From Chrysomallon squamiferum (lineage: Eukaryota > Animalia > Mollusca), in contig CM022671.1 of the NCBI GenBank assembly GCA_012295275.1, positions 28,644,001 through 28,708,000 of the forward strand: a DNA stretch of 64,000 nucleotides. The letters are read 5' to 3'. This document shows positions 17,599 through 31,576 of this stretch, one piece after another. A program made the position numbers and the translations under genes. The notes beneath the pieces are model-generated. The model was not told the DNA's origin and did no database searches. It was given only the letters and a program-made list of their open reading frames with translations. Within the stretch, counting starts at the first letter, position 1. Each line of letters starts with the position of its first letter.

Positions 17599-19830
17599 CT
17601 ACTCGCTAGGTTTAGTTGGCATTGCTGTAGGTAGACCGAGTGGTGGTTCAAGCTGTCGTTCGGTGTAGAATGAACCGGACTTCGGAGTAACTGCCATCAG
17701 TTTTCCGTTGTTCTCTTCATCTTCAACCAGTTTTAAGAAAGCTTCAGCCACGGTAGACACCCTAAATGTGAAAAAAAACAATTAATACAAATAAAATAAT
17801 GCACACGGAGAATTAAGAAAAGAAGAAACAGTTTTAAAAGAAAAATATCTAATTTTCGTGAGTAAAGTTTTTAGATACAAATTCCCACACCCTAAAATCT
17901 TCCCATCACAATCAAAGTCTTGGATTATATCTATTAAAACTACAGACTGTAACTACAGCTGTACTAATTTTACAAACGTATGTGTGTGTCTCATATGTAT
18001 CGTGCGCTCGTACCTGTGTGCATTCGCCTTTACATATACGGACGACATACATACAAACGTACACACGCACGCATACATGCACAGAAGCATCCACTCCACC
18101 ACACAATTATACATACTATCACATACTCTTGTTCTAACAGAGTGATTTAGTGAACTGGAACAAAGTCCTGTTAACAACAACTTTCTAACTGAGAACGGTA
18201 AAACAGTGTTTGTATCTGTCGACTTTGTGTTCTTACGACAAACGTCCCACGAAGTCTATGTACGCTACGAAGCTGTCTACACCGAGGCACTCGTCTGCTT
18301 TGACGTCCATCAGATTCGTGTCCACCGCGAAAGGACACAGACACGCTAGTCTCACACCCATGCTGGATATTGCGGGATTTTTCTGAAATCCAAATTTTTT
18401 ATTACGTGCCGTAGTCTGAAGCAGATATTTAATAATGTGAATGTGACTACGACGAGATATACACAGATGTACATGTATATTTGTGTGTGATAGGCCTACG
18501 TGTGCGCGCTTGTATGTTTCTGTGTGTGTGTATTTTCTGTACAGTTTGAGAAATGTAATTAAATCAACCGCCCAGCTCTGAGTAAATCCAACAACTGCGT
18601 GTTTTGTACAGGCGTAAACAGGAGTCCAAAACGTCGGGATCAGTCCTGAAAAAAATAAAAATAAAAAATAATAAAGTTTTGAAAAAAATAAAGGAGTTTT
18701 GCAATGGTGCCTTGACTTACAAGTTTAAGTCGTTCCGTGACCGAACTCGTAACTCAATTTGTTCGTATATCGAATCATTTTTTCCAACTGAAATACCATT
18801 ATTCCGTTCCAGCCCCCCAAAGACCACCCCAATTTTTTTGTAATGTGTTTTAAATAAGAAAAATGTATGTATAAATGACAAATATTGAATAAAAAAATAA
18901 AAGAGATTGTAAAAAAATATACTGGTTTTATAAAGTGTACAGGGTTAGGGTTTGTCCTTCTTTTCAAGGACAGAGGTCCGCAGCTTAGAAATTATTTTAA
19001 CGCCTTTGGCTGTAGATATAGCCTTTATCGACTTCTTCTGCTTCAGTATGGTACATATCATAAAAGTACTACTCTCGTACTGCCTAGCCATGTTGGATTC
19101 GCGCACACCTCGCTCATGTTTTTCTACGTTTTCATGCTTTAATTTAATGGACATCATGCACTTCTTCTTCTCAGCACTGTCCGTTTCACTCACTTTCCTG
19201 GGATCCATGGAAATTTGGCAAAATCCTGCACAAAACGCGAGCAGAACACAACAAGAGATGCTTCCACGGCGAAGCAAACGAGTGAGATGCGTAACTCGGA
19301 TTTTGGTTCGCAACTTGGAAAATTCGTAAGTTGGAGCACTCGTATCTCGAGGTATCACTGTATTTTGACGTCGTCGAACGGAGGAAGATGGTCGAGCGAC
19401 CAGAGAAAAACTTAAATATTTTAGCTGCATAAAATAACCATTCGAAAATAATGATATATTATGACGTTTCGAAGTATTTTACAAAATACTGTTACTGTTA
19501 GAGTTTTTTTTTTTTTTTTTTTTTTTATAAACCGTACTGTGCATGTATATGTCGGTCTGTCTGTATGTAAATATTTGCATCTGTAAATCTTATGGTCTGT
19601 AAACATTATGAAAATTACACAGTTCAAACGATCATATTAAAGTATTGCTATAAAAGGGACACTGGCTGACATATTCTACAGTGTTCTATGCATTGACAGA
19701 AATATAAAAAAACTAAATAAATTTGTAAAGTACCTAAAAATCCTAAATAAAAGGGGTATTTCGCACATTTAAGGGGGGTCCGGACGTATATGTTTATATA
19801 TGTGTGTGTATATGTATGTATGTAATAATA

Positions 19831-19861
<31 letters not shown>

Positions 19862-21431
19862 ACACGTATGTATATATTTGTACATATTGAAATATAGTTA
19901 TATACGTGTGTTTATGCATACATTAAAATTAGTTTTATCATCTCCATCATCGTACCTATATTATACAAGTAGCTGTTAAAATATAATGTGAAGAGTTACC
20001 GCTAGTGAACAACCAAACACAAAATACAATACCTGCAACTGAAGACGTGTTTATTATGACACCTCCCTTCCCTCCTTTTACTGTGTTCATATGTTCTAAT
20101 GCCAAGTTAGTTCCCAGAATAACTCCATTCTGAAATTACAATCATTAACAAGAACACTGGGGTACGTACACACGTATAATAATAATTTAGTGTCAGAAGT
20201 GATCAAATAAACTACAAACAACATAATAATGTTATTTCTGATATCGGTATAATTTATAACTTACTTTAGACTACGTGAGAAGAATTTACGAGTCTGTTTT
20301 AGTTAGTTGTCTTAATTTACAAATATTAAAATCTGCTATTTCGAAAAATATTACGCCATATGATATATTAACGAAAAGAGAGCGAGTTACAAGGCAGTTC
20401 GTTCAGTGTTATTATACGTACTGTGACAGTTAATGTAATTATATAGTTCTCGTTAAAATACGTACTAAATTAATTTTTATCTGCATTTCCCATAGGTTTT
20501 CCTTCATAATTCCAGCGTTATTCACCATCACATCTATCTGTCCAAAATTTGTCACAGCCGACTGAAAGGTTGCTTGAATAAATAACATACTACTGAAAGT
20601 AACAGTCAAAACATTCGTCCAAGAAATACGACGATGTAAAATGAAAACAACGAAGACAGCAGTAATAAGAATAATAACAATAACCATAACAACGACTATA
20701 CCAACAAAAACAGTAATAAGAATAATAACAATAACCATAACAACGACTATACCAACAAAAACAGCAATAATAATAATAACTTTAACCATAACAACGACTA
20801 TACCAACAAAAACAGTAATAAGAATAATAACAATAGCCATAACAACGACTATACCAACAAAAACAGCAATAAGAATAATAACTATAACCATAACAACGAC
20901 TATACCAACAAAAACAGTAATAACAATAATAACAATAGCCATAACAACGACTATACCAACACAAACAGTAATAACAATAATAACAATAACCATAACAACG
21001 ACAATACCAAAAAAAAAGTAATAAACAATAATAACAATAATCATAACAACGATTATACCATCAAAAACATCAATTTATTATTATTATTATTATTATGATT
21101 AATAACTTCGAATTACCTGTAAATTGTTCTTTATTTGTGACGTCACATTTGCCAAATTTGGCTTTCTCTGCGCCATATTTCTCTGTGAAAGCTTTTACTG
21201 TCTCTTCGCCTTTTTCTGAATTGACGTCAGCCAGAAACACCTGGAAACAACTGAATTTCAGTCAACATATTAACAACATCGGATTATGATACTCATGCAC
21301 ATACACACACACACACTCACACACAGACAGATGGACAGACAGTCAGACAACACAGAAGAGAGATACATGGATGGATGGATGGATGGATGGATGGATAGGT
21401 GGAAGGATGGATGGATATACAACAAAGTATA

Positions 21432-21522
<91 letters not shown>

Positions 21523-22666
21523 CTTTCGTAATATCCATTTTGTCAGATGCAAATAATTATTAACAGCAATATCCGCTACCCGTTTACTTAGTGAACTTCG
21601 TTTTGCATAATAAATTAAACAGACACTTTGATTTTATTTAACTGTTAGTAAAATAAACTTTTTAATAGTTAATGCATTTGATGCACTAATTTATAGCAGT
21701 ATTTCTGACAAACAAGTAATTTGAACATTGTTCAACGTACTTGGATCCTGAACATTGTTCAAAGTACTTGTACCCGAATATTTTCTGTACCATCCCTTCG
21801 TTTAACTTGCACCAGTTACGCCGATTCCCGCCATCCCTTTCACAAAAGCTGGGCAAACCACTGAATATCATTAATGCAATTTCGAAAGTACATTAAAGCA
21901 ATTTCGGAAAATCTCGAAATCAAGAGAATAACGAACACATGGCTGGTCTGAATCTGGAAAAAGTTCGTCCATCTCCAGCAAAAAGTCCGAGTTCTTTTCA
22001 TAGTTTATACGACTATGCATGACCACGCATTGAGCTCAGGAAGTTTTAGCACGTTTATTAATAAAACAAATGTGTTCAGATCAAGTTGTAAGACTTCTGC
22101 TTTGCTAAATACAATTTATGTTGTCCAAGAGGTGTAAAAAAATCAACCTCGACACGAAAACATTTCTAAAGGAAGAGAACCATGGGAATGTTTGTTAATG
22201 AGAAAACTATGAGCCTCCTGTTTATACATTCACGGATATAAATAAATAAATGCAGCATTTACATAAACAATAATGAATACAAAAAAAAAAAAAAAATAAT
22301 AATAAAAATAAAATAAGTAGGCCTATTTTCTTAAAGCAAATGCAGTGTTTGTCGTACACTTATTATTATGTTCACTTAGCAAAGCCTCTTTACACAACGA
22401 TTTAATCACGTTAATCTGGGATTTGCTGTATTTAAAACATCCTCTTTTTTTTTCTATAACGATAACTTGTTATAGGGCGAGAGATCTTCACTTCAGTCAA
22501 CAGTCGACAAATATTAAACAAAAAGAACGAATATTTAAAACAGTTCAAGGCAATAGAAGCTAATGAGAGTTACCTTTCCTCCCTTATTCAGGACTGCTTC
22601 AGCCATCCCCTTCCCGATGCCTTGGGCTCCCCCGGTTATAAAAAAAACTTTTCCCGAGATCTCCAT
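17599..22666 (-). CDS. HPGD: 15-hydroxyprostaglandin dehydrogenase-like SDR copy 2, apparently intact, 268 aa; exons 22574-22666, 21117-21240, 20466-20572, 20033-20129, 18569-18645, 18237-18382, 17599-17761
   Basis: MEISGKVFFITGGAQGIG, CDVT, NNAG, IINTSSVAG and YACTKH motifs; exon lengths 93/124/107/97/77/146/163 with GT-AG introns and an open frame. The symbol denotes family membership, not proven orthology. Confidence 0.88.
18702..19360 (-). mobile_element. Non-autonomous Tigger/pogo-like element with both termini, HPGD copy 2 intron 4
   Basis: Imperfect TIRs caatggtgccttgacttac (18702) and cagtgatacctcgagatac (reverse strand from 19360) with TA at 19361-19362; internal transposase HTH remnant MDPRKVSETDSAEKKK. 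Confidence 0.78.
20655..21065. repeat. 60-bp minisatellite (about 7 units) in HPGD intron 2
   Basis: Unit aaaaacagtaataagaataataacaataaccataacaacgactataccaac..; about 1 unit in copy 1 (13220-13270) and about 3 in copy 4 (43255-43410). Confidence 0.9.
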
Positions 22667-24484
22667 TACGCTTGTCTGTTTCACTACCTCGGGTTACAAG
22701 AGACGCGACACGAACAGAAGTGAACTCTGAACTGAGTCGAATGTTCTGGCCTGGAAAAAGCAAGCTGCAAGATAATCAAAATTTAGTTCAAATCAAGTCA
22801 AAGTTCATTATTATTATTGTTACTGTGTCTGTTCAGGTGACTGCATTCATAGGTAATCTTAGAAGACAGTGTGTGCTAGCTCGTAAAAAAAGAAAAAAAA
22901 AAAGAAGAAAAAAATAGAAGATAATAAATAAATAAATAAATAAATAAATGAGAAAATAAAAGTGTTATTAAGAAAAAAAAAAATTATGATTTTATTTTTT
23001 ATTCTGCCATTATTTATTTTATTTTTCTTTAGCGGGTTTTCTTTCTTTTCTCTTTGAGACAAAATTCTAGATACTTTCTAGATCCAGCCAAAACGCAAGA
23101 AAAATATAATGTAGTAGTAATATTATGTAGTAACAGCAGTACTTGCTATACGTATTAATAGCAGTATATAGAATGTAGTCTTAGCATGAGGTAGTTACAG
23201 TAGTATGTAGTTGTAACAGCATATAATAAGAGTAGTATGTAGTTATAGTAGTATGTCGATAATACGTATTCACAGTAATATGTAGAATGTAGTATTAGTA
23301 GTATGTAATAATAGAAGTATGTAGTAATAGGAGTATGTAGTAATAATAATAATACGTAATATTAGTTTGTAGAATGTAGTATTAGTAGTATGTAGCTATA
23401 GTAGTATGTAGTAATAATAATACGTATTAATAGTAGTATGTAGAACGTAGTATTAGCAGTATATAATAACAGTAGTATGTAATAATAGGAGTATGAAGTA
23501 ATACTATTACGTATTGATAGTAATATGTAGAATGTAGTATTAGTAGTATGTAGAATGTAGTATTAGCGGTATGTAATAACAGTAGTATGTAGTTGAAGGA
23601 GTATGTAGTAATAATAATACGTATTAATACCGGTATGTAGAATTCAGTACTAGCAATACATAGTTATATTAGTATTTAGTTATAGTAGTAATAATAATAC
23701 GAACGAATAGCAGTATGTAGAGTACAGTTTTAGCAGTACGTAAAATGTAGTGTTAGCAATATGTATGTATAATAGTTTGTAGTGATAACAGTATATAGTA
23801 ATTACAGTATGTATTAATAGTAGTATATAGCAATAGTTTTATGTAGGGTTAATAATAGCAATATATATTAACATAAATATGTAGTAATGGCAGTATGTAG
23901 TAATAATAATCTATATTAATAGAGGTATATAGTGCTTGCAATATGTAGTAATAGTGGACTATAGTTATACTAGTATCTAGTAATAACACTATGTATTAAA
24001 GGCAGTACCTAGTAATAGCAGTATATGGACATTATAGATAACAGACAAACGCTTATTTATTGTGTTTAACAGAAGGATTTTAACACATTCGGGACCCAGT
24101 TTGTATTTCAAATGCTACGAATAGCGTATGGTTGTTACAACCACTTTTTTATATCCATTTTAATGTCGATATTTTACAGTCGTTTTTCTAGTCAAGTTAA
24201 TATTAACTGAACAAACACATGCACTTATGATTATTATTATTACTAAAATTAATATGACAAAAACTCAAATTCATACAATGTATTTATATGTTTGTACAGT
24301 CGAAATAAATATATATTGTTTCCCTATCTGTATGTACATATGTGTGTATATATGCATGTATGTATGGACAAAAATGAATTCCTAATATTTAAACCGTGCA
24401 TTTCTGTAATCACTTATATGAAATAACATTTCTCTCTCTCTCTCTACGAAAGTTGTTTTTCGACACAGTCTTTCAAGACTTTTT

Positions 24485-25093
24485 CTACTCGCTAGGTTTA
24501 GTTGGCATTGCTGTGGGTAGACCGAATGGTGGTTCAAGCTGTCGTTCGGTGTACAATGAACCGGACTTCGGAGTAACCGCCATCAGTTTTCCGTTGTTCT
24601 CTTCATCTTCAACCAGTTTTAAGAAAGCTTCAGCGACGTTAGACATCCTGAATGTGAAAAAATAATTAACACAAATAAAATAATGCACACTGAGAATTAA
24701 GAAAAGAAGAAGCCGTTTTAAAATGCAGTTTTAAAAGAAAAATATATAATTTTCGTGAGTAAAGTTTTTAGATACAAATTCCCACACCCTAAAATCTTTC
24801 TATCACAGTCAAAGTCTTGGGTTATATTTATTAAAACTACAGACTGTAACTGCAGCTGTACTAATTTTACAAACGTATGTGTGTGTCTCATATGTATCGG
24901 GCGCTCGTACCTGCGTGCATTCGCCTTTACATAAACGGACGACACACAAACATACAAAGGCACATACGCATACATAGATGAACAGAAGCATCCACTCACC
25001 ACAAAATTACACATACAAGCACATACTGTTGTTCTAACAGAGTCATTCAGTGAACTGGAACAAAGTCCTGTTAACAACTTTTTAACTGAGAAC
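24485..25093 (-). pseudogene. HPGD: HPGD-like copy 3 fragment: last exon plus intron 6, cut off by satellite at the contig end
   Basis: RMSNVAEAFLKLVEDEENNG...PTKPSE* with an intron homologous to 10948-11412. It may be incomplete only because of the assembly. Confidence 0.7.
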
Positions 25094-25521
25094 ATTTACC
25101 AAAGGTGCTGCACCTTTTGAAAATGCGTTTGAAAAAAAAACGAGCAAATTTTCAAAAACATGTGCGTTTTTTGTGCACGTGTCGGAAACGAGTTGTTGCC
25201 CTTGGGTGGGGCGTGCGGCACTTTTGACCCGTGTGGGGCAACCCTTGCCCCACTTTTGGGTATGTGCGCCCGATTTTTCCCACGTGCTCAGAAAAAGTTA
25301 TTGCACTTTGAAAAAGGTACCCCTAGCATTTTTAACGAAACTTGAAAAAATTCGATTTTCAAAAATTGAAAATCCGTGTGGCACTATTCCGTGTGGTCGG
25401 GAAAAATATTTCAACGTGTGGAAAAGGTGCGCGCCGTCGGGGCGAGTGTGGCAAATACGTTTCCAAGATTTTCTAAAGGTGCTGCAACTTTTGAAAATGC
25501 GTTTGAAAAAAAAACGAGCAA
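25094..25521. repeat. ~375-380 bp GC-richer satellite; the same family is inverted at 47803-48478
   Basis: aaaggtgctgca..ttttgaaaatgcg recurs at ~25101 and ~25476; in the second array ggaatagt.ccacacgg recurs at 47856 and 48236. Confidence 0.8.
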
Positions 25522-25721
25522 NNNNNNNNNNNNNNNNNNNNNNNNNNNNNNNNNNNNNNNNNNNNNNNNNNNNNNNNNNNNNNNNNNNNNNNNNNNNNNN
25601 NNNNNNNNNNNNNNNNNNNNNNNNNNNNNNNNNNNNNNNNNNNNNNNNNNNNNNNNNNNNNNNNNNNNNNNNNNNNNNNNNNNNNNNNNNNNNNNNNNNN
25701 NNNNNNNNNNNNNNNNNNNNN
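25522..25721. other. Assembly gap (200 N)
   Basis: Run of N. Confidence 1.
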
Positions 25722-25730
25722 GTTTATGTA

Positions 25731-25803
25731 GGTTTCGTGGTGTAGTGGTTATCACGTCTGCTTTACACGCAGAAGGTCGCGAGTTCGAGCCTCGCCGGAA
25801 CCT
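25731..25803 (+). tRNA. tRNA-Val(TAC)
   Basis: Cloverleaf GGTTTCG/CGGAACC, D arm GTG..CAC, TCTGC-TT-TAC-AC-GCAGA, GCGAG-TTCGAGC-CTCGC. Confidence 0.92.
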
Positions 25804-26308
25804 TTAGTTTTGTTAATATTTTGTTTGTAGCACTAACGTATTGTACTCTTTCCAGTTTTAAGAGCAGTTGTCAAAATAAAAGTCTTGATTTCAGTTTAAC
25901 AATACTGATAGTTTTGAAAATAATAAACTGGTTTTCAAATAACAATTAACTCTTTTTAAACTATTAAGGACAACGAACTATTACCGGTATACGTTTCTTT
26001 TAATATGTTTGTGGTTGTACAGTACTGAGACCCTTGAAGGTCGGTAATTCACCCCTCTTAAGTGTGCGTCCTAGACGGCTGCCAATCTTTTTCTAGGTAG
26101 GTTTTTTTTTTCTTTACTTCTGTTATGAAAGATAAGCACATAAGTTTGAAATAAATAAATAAATTACTAGATTTCTTTAATTTTATTTTTGCGATAACTA
26201 ATTGTATATAGCACAAAACAACAAAGAAAAAATATATCCCCCGAAAAACAAAACCAATATCGTTTAATCGAAAAATAATAGAAAAAGAACAAGAAAGAAA
26301 AATAATCA

Positions 26309-26381
26309 AGGTTTCGGCGAGGCTCGAACTCGCGACCTTCTGCGTGTTAAGCAGACGTGATAACCACTACACCACGAAACC
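26309..26381 (-). tRNA. tRNA-Val(AAC)
   Basis: Full cloverleaf on the minus strand, anticodon AAC, downstream T run. Confidence 0.92.
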
Positions 26382-26631
26382 GATAACGTATTAATTTATA
26401 GTATCCAATGTCAATAAAGTAAGGTTTCGTCAATTCATTTATTAATTTTATTATTTAAATTCCTAACGAATTAAATGACATCATTCAATAACATGTAAAT
26501 TAAATATTGTTTCATAATATCTTATTTCATAAAAATCACTTTTTAAAGCATGTCAAGTTACTAAATATTAGTTTATAAACTATTTTAAAATGAGTTGTTG
26601 TACCGTATTCATGATACTGTTAAAAGTGTTA

Positions 26632-26661
26632 TGGTCGCGTTTTCGAGCCTCGCCAAAATCT
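26632..26661 (+). pseudogene. Degenerate tRNA-Val 3' fragment (inverted copy at ~59040-59069)
   Basis: ggtcgcgttttcgagcctcgccaaaatc resembles the T arm and acceptor 3' strand. Confidence 0.65.
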
Positions 26662-26897
26662 TGATTTTCTTTCTTGTTCTATTTCTTCAATTAATTTGTG
26701 GCTACTGTTAGTGTTGAAAATAATAAACTTGTTTTGAATTAACAATTAACTCTTTTTAAACTATTAAGAACAATGAACTATTTCCGATGTACGTTTCTTT
26801 TAAAGGTCAGTAATGCACGTGTGCGTCCTAGACGGCTGTCTAGTTAAGCTAAACGTATACAAAGCTCTCAATGAAACATTAGAGGGTTATTCAAAGC

Positions 26898-26970
26898 GGT
26901 TTCGTGGTGTAGTGGTTATCACGTCTGCTTCACACGCAGAAGGTCGCGAGTTCGAGCCTCGCCGGAACCT
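26898..26970 (+). tRNA. tRNA-Val(CAC), uninterrupted (empty allele of the SMIM4 insertion site)
   Basis: Full cloverleaf; flanks match the reverse complement of 58804-59900 and 55585-56495. Confidence 0.92.
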
Positions 26971-27951
26971 TGATTTTTCTTTTTTTTACATATATATTTA
27001 TTAAGGTTATGCAAGTAGTATATTTTTGACTGCAATTATTATTGTATTAACAAATAATAATTGGATGAATGAATAAATGAAATATTTATTTATTTATGTT
27101 TCAACTTTAAAAAAAATAAATCACTGATCTTACATTAACGTTCTTTCTTTGTGTTTTGTTTATGATTACACACAAAAATTGTGTTGAAATTACCACAGAG
27201 TCGTGAAATCAAAGTTAAATGTGCCTGAGCAAATTTCACAGTCGTAAGCACGTACAAGGGCGTGAAATGGAGAAGACTGTAAACAAACGTCTCATTAGAA
27301 GATAAAATCCACGAAGACGTTGGATAATTCTGTGTAGAACTAAACTTGTCAGTAGATTTCATGATTCTAAACAAGCATAAGCTTACAGATCACAAATCAC
27401 ATAGGTTGTTTTAGTCATAGCTGTAACAAGATTTCTCATTAGAACAAAAACACTGTAACAAAATATGTCATGAAGACCTTTGAGTGGTTATTTTCAAAGT
27501 TGAAAGAATACAGTTTAGTAGATTTATTTATGTTATCATACGAATCTATTTTGTAGAATTTTTTTTAGGGGCATTCGTTTTTGAGACAATTTAATCTGAT
27601 AAAGAAACGAATAACTGAACGTTTCCGCGAGGCCGGAAATAGCAGAATATGCATTTTTTTGTTTTTTTAAATAAAATCTTTATTCATAAAATCATACATT
27701 ATAATTAAGAAAATTAATTAAGGATATTTAATTATTAAATTACAAATGTTTGAAGCAAACGTGATCACCACTAAACCAGTGAAACAGATGAACACGAATA
27801 AACAGTCATACAGAGAGAGAGAGATTAGACCAAACCATTTTTTTTTTTTTTAAATCAAATTTAAAAAAAATAAAAACAATAAAAAATTCATCATTAAACT
27901 GCTTGATTTATTTTTCTTCATAGATCTACATTTTACACATGTTTATATGTA

Positions 27952-28025
27952 GGTTTCGTGGTGTAGTGGTAGGTTTCGCGGTGTAGTGGTCATAATCAGC
28001 TTTACACGCAGAAGGTCGCGAGTTC
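27952..28025 (+). pseudogene. tRNA-Val(TAC) pseudogene with duplicated 5' end, truncated in the T loop (inverted copy 55511-55584)
   Basis: GGTTTCG(T/C)GGTGTAGTGGT occurs twice; the D arm is mutated and the sequence stops at GAGTTC. Confidence 0.8.
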
Positions 28026-28147
28026 ATCATCTGACAAGCGGATCTGGCTGACACCATGTTGCAGGTCAAAGGTCGATAAGCTATTTATAACTCTGTCTAA
28101 ATAATTGAAAACTTTCAAGCACACGTGCACACTCACATACAAATACT

Positions 28148-28525
28148 GTATAGAAATTTTACCTAGAAGGTATATATCATTTATCTGGAATCTATATAAA
28201 TTATATGTATAAGTATAAAACTTTTATTTAGAAGGTATAGAAATTTTATCTGTAAGGTATATAACTTTTATTTAGAAGGTATATAAATTTTATCTATAAG
28301 GTAAGTATATAAATGTTATCTAGAAGTTGTATAAATTTTATCAATAAGGTAAGTATAGAAATTTTACCTAGAAGGTATATAACTTTTATCTAGAATCTAT
28401 ATAAATTATATGTATAAGTATAAAACTTTTATTTAGAAGGTACAGAAATTTTATCTATAAGGTAGGTATATAAATGTTATCTAGAAGTTGTATAAATTTT
28501 ATCAATAAGGTATATAAATTTTATT
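28148..28525. repeat. ~22-26 bp AT-rich minisatellite (tataaattttatctagaaggta); homologues at 54810-55388 (longer) and 60843-61055
   Basis: Tandem units directly visible. Confidence 0.85.
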
Positions 28526-28961
28526 AGGCTTTCAATTATTATTAATTTATTTAATAAAAGCAGATAATGTATATATTTCAGTACGTTGACATTATTTTTG
28601 TCAGGTAGGTATTTCTTTTTTCTTTCCTTCTGTTATGAAAGATAAGCACATCAGCTTGAAATAAATGATTAAGTAAATAAATAAATAAATTACTAGATTT
28701 CTTTAATTTTATTTTTGCGATAACTAATTGTATATAGCATAAAACAACAAAGAAACAAAAAATCCCCCAAAAAACAAAACCAATATCGTTTTATCGAATT
28801 TTAATCATATTGAAATAAAAGTTTCTGTATTATGGATAAATCCATCTTGATGTGAGTGGGTGGTGTTTTTTTCTGATTTTCTGTTTGTCTCTCTCTCACT
28901 CAAAAAAGAAATAATAATAATAATAAAAAACAATAGAAAAATAACAAGAAAGAAAGAATGA

Positions 28962-29034
28962 AGGTTTCGGCGAGGCTCGAACTCGCGACCTTCTGCGTGT
29001 TAAGCAGACGTGATAACCACTACACCACGAAACC
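28962..29034 (-). tRNA. tRNA-Val(AAC)
   Basis: Full cloverleaf on the minus strand. Confidence 0.92.
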
Positions 29035-29385
29035 GATAAATATAAACGTACAGTAACTGCATGACACAGCATATTTTTTAATGGTTTATAAACTAATATT
29101 TATTAATTTGACACGTCATTGAAAAGTGAATTTTATGAAATAAATTGAAACTTTATTTAATTATTTCATTTGCATGTTATTATGTGATATATCATATAAT
29201 TAAAATCATAAAATTGGTAAATTAATGATAGCTTACTACATTGCCATTGGATATTATAAACTAATAGTGTTTTTAAATGAAGATATTTGATTCTGTAGTC
29301 AACATCGAGTCTTGTTCGAACGAATGAAGAGAGATATAACATCTAGGTTTGTATAAAATACAGCAATGTTTCCAGTCTAATATTT

Positions 29386-29631
<246 letters not shown>

Positions 29632-29687
29632 TTAGAAAAAAACAATGTTGTCGTCATATATCTACATTTTACACATATTTATATGTA

Positions 29688-29885
29688 GGTGTAGTGGTTC
29701 TCACGTCTGCTTTTACATGACTGTGTGAGAGGATGCCTATTTTTTATTCTTGTTATTTACTGTTTTAATCTTATTTTAATTGTGTACAACTGTTGATTAT
29801 ATCAATAAAGATAAAAAAAAAAAAAAAAAAAAATCACGTCTGCTTTACACGCAGAATGTCGCGAGTTCGAGCCTTGCCGGAACCT
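29688..29885 (+). pseudogene. tRNA-Val(TAC) disrupted by a short Tx1 3'-end insertion
   Basis: 5' part 29688-29717 (start partly deleted); 3' part 29834-29885. Confidence 0.85.
29718..29833 (+). mobile_element. Severely 5'-truncated Tx1-like copy (3'UTR plus poly(A)), 16-bp TSD
   Basis: Similar to 35577-35688 (ttattttaattgtgtacaactg..aataaagat-An); flanked by tcacgtctgcttt(t)aca at 29701-29717 and 29834-29849. Confidence 0.88.
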
Positions 29886-30205
29886 TTAGTTTTGTTAATA
29901 TTTTGTTTGTAGCACTAACGTATTGTACTCTTTCCTGTTTTAAGAGCAGTTGTCAAAATTAAAATCTTGATTTCAGTTTAACAATACTGTTAGTTTTGAG
30001 AATAATAAACTGGTTTTCAAGTAACAATTAACTCTTTTTAAACTATTAAAGATAATGAACTATTATCGGTATACGTTTCCTTTGATATTCTGTGACCCTT
30101 AAAGGTCAGTTATGCACCCCTCTTACGTGTGCGTTCTAGACGGCTGCCTGGTTAAGCTAAAGGTATTTAAGGCTTTCACTGAAACATTAGATGGTTAGTT
30201 TAAGC

Positions 30206-30278
30206 GGTTTCGTGGTGTAGTGATTATCACGTCTGCTTCACACGCAGAAGGTCGCGAGTTCGAGCCTCGCCGGAACCT
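30206..30278 (+). tRNA. tRNA-Val(CAC), full length, directly upstream of the Tx1 element (D-loop GG changed to GA)
   Basis: Full cloverleaf followed by a T9 terminator; one substitution in the A box may impair function. Confidence 0.8.
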
Positions 30279-30399
30279 TGATTTTTTTTTCTTCTAATTT
30301 TTCTATATATTTATTGACTTCCGGTTATGGTGGCGTCGAGTGTGGACGCGTTTCACATCGGCTCTCGCTTCGGAAAGGTTTTGTTGTAAACTAAGTATT

Positions 30400-31564
30400 A
30401 TGTCTTGGGCGGAAGAATCAGAAAATTACGAAGAAAAGATGAAAGATATGAATTTAAAAAAAGAAGGAATGAGAAAAAATGTTTTTAAAAAAGAATGCAC
30501 TGTGATTGTAAATGTAGAAGATAACAAGAAAATTTCAGCAGGCGACATGATAGATTTTGTAAGTGGCCAGGTGGGTGATGTGATAAAAGCGTGCGTACCG
30601 AAAGAATCCGACTCTTATGAAATAACACTAGAAGATATTATACAAGCGAGAATGATTACGGAAATTGATGAAACAGAATTGAAAGGTCTAAAAATAAAGG
30701 CGAGAATTTTGAAATCTGAAACTGTAGTAGTTTCCTTTTTGCACTTGCCTGCCTACATTGAAGATGAAGAAATTGAAGAAAAATTGAAACAAATGGAAAT
30801 AGAAATTTTATCACCAATTTATAGAAGGCTATACAAAGGGACAAAAATTGCAGATGGAACAAGATACGTGAGAGTGAAATTTCCACCCGGAATAAAAAGT
30901 TTACCATACTCAATGAAATTTAGGACTTATGAAGGAATAAAATATTTTCGTGTTTTTACATGACAATCAAATAAAAGTATGTTACAACTGCATGGCGGAT
31001 AATCATTTGTTGAAAGACTGTCCAAATATAAGGTGTCATAACTGTAAACAAAAAGGACATTTTGCTAGAAACTGCCCGAACATATTTCTGTGTGAAAAGT
31101 GTGGAAACAAAGAGGATGAATGTGAGTGTTGGTCAGAGTATGACAGCGATGAACAAAAAAACAGCGACAGTGACAGTGATGGTATGGAATATAATGTAAA
31201 ATCAAAGGAGAAAAAAAAAGAAATTGAAGCAGAAAGTATCCAGAGGATAAATACAACAGAAATGGAAATCAACAAGGAACAACAAAAATCAGAAAATGGA
31301 GAAAAACCAAGAAAATCCCCTGATAAAAACACCAAAGTGAAAATTACTAACAAGGAAGCTGGAACCATCGAAGCAGAAAATAGTAAGCAGAGTAAAACAA
31401 AGCGTCGAACGAGATTGATCAAGCGTCCATCAGAAGAAAAACTGTGGAGCTTGGTAGAAAATAGAAAACAAAAAAAGAGACAAGCAGCACACATGAAAAG
31501 TGTGAGAGAAAGTGTTGCCAGGGTAATGAATGAGTATGGGGGGGAGGATATAGACAAGATATAG
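30400..31564 (+). CDS. Tx1 ORF1 gag-like protein with CCHC zinc knuckles (one frameshift near 30955 in a T run)
   Basis: CYNCMADNHLLKDC and CHNCKQKGHFARNC; DGTRYVRVKFP..SLPYS motif. The copies at 52682-52969 and 61050-61832 read through the frameshift (YFRVLH). Confidence 0.88.
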
Positions 31565-31576
31565 AATATTTTAAAA

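Noticed and set aside
20439-21044. 201-aa hydrophobic repeat ORF resembling a membrane protein
   Set aside because: It is an intronic 60-bp minisatellite read into HPGD exon 3, and its copy number differs between paralogs.
25160-25807. ORFs in the GC-richer block, also at 47765-48557
   Set aside because: Satellite repeat with no recognisable domain; some ORFs run through N gaps.
27135-27374. 79-aa ORF identical in the two mirror copies (also 56166-56405)
   Set aside because: TTG start, no motif or splice support; identity is explained by the recent duplication or allelism.
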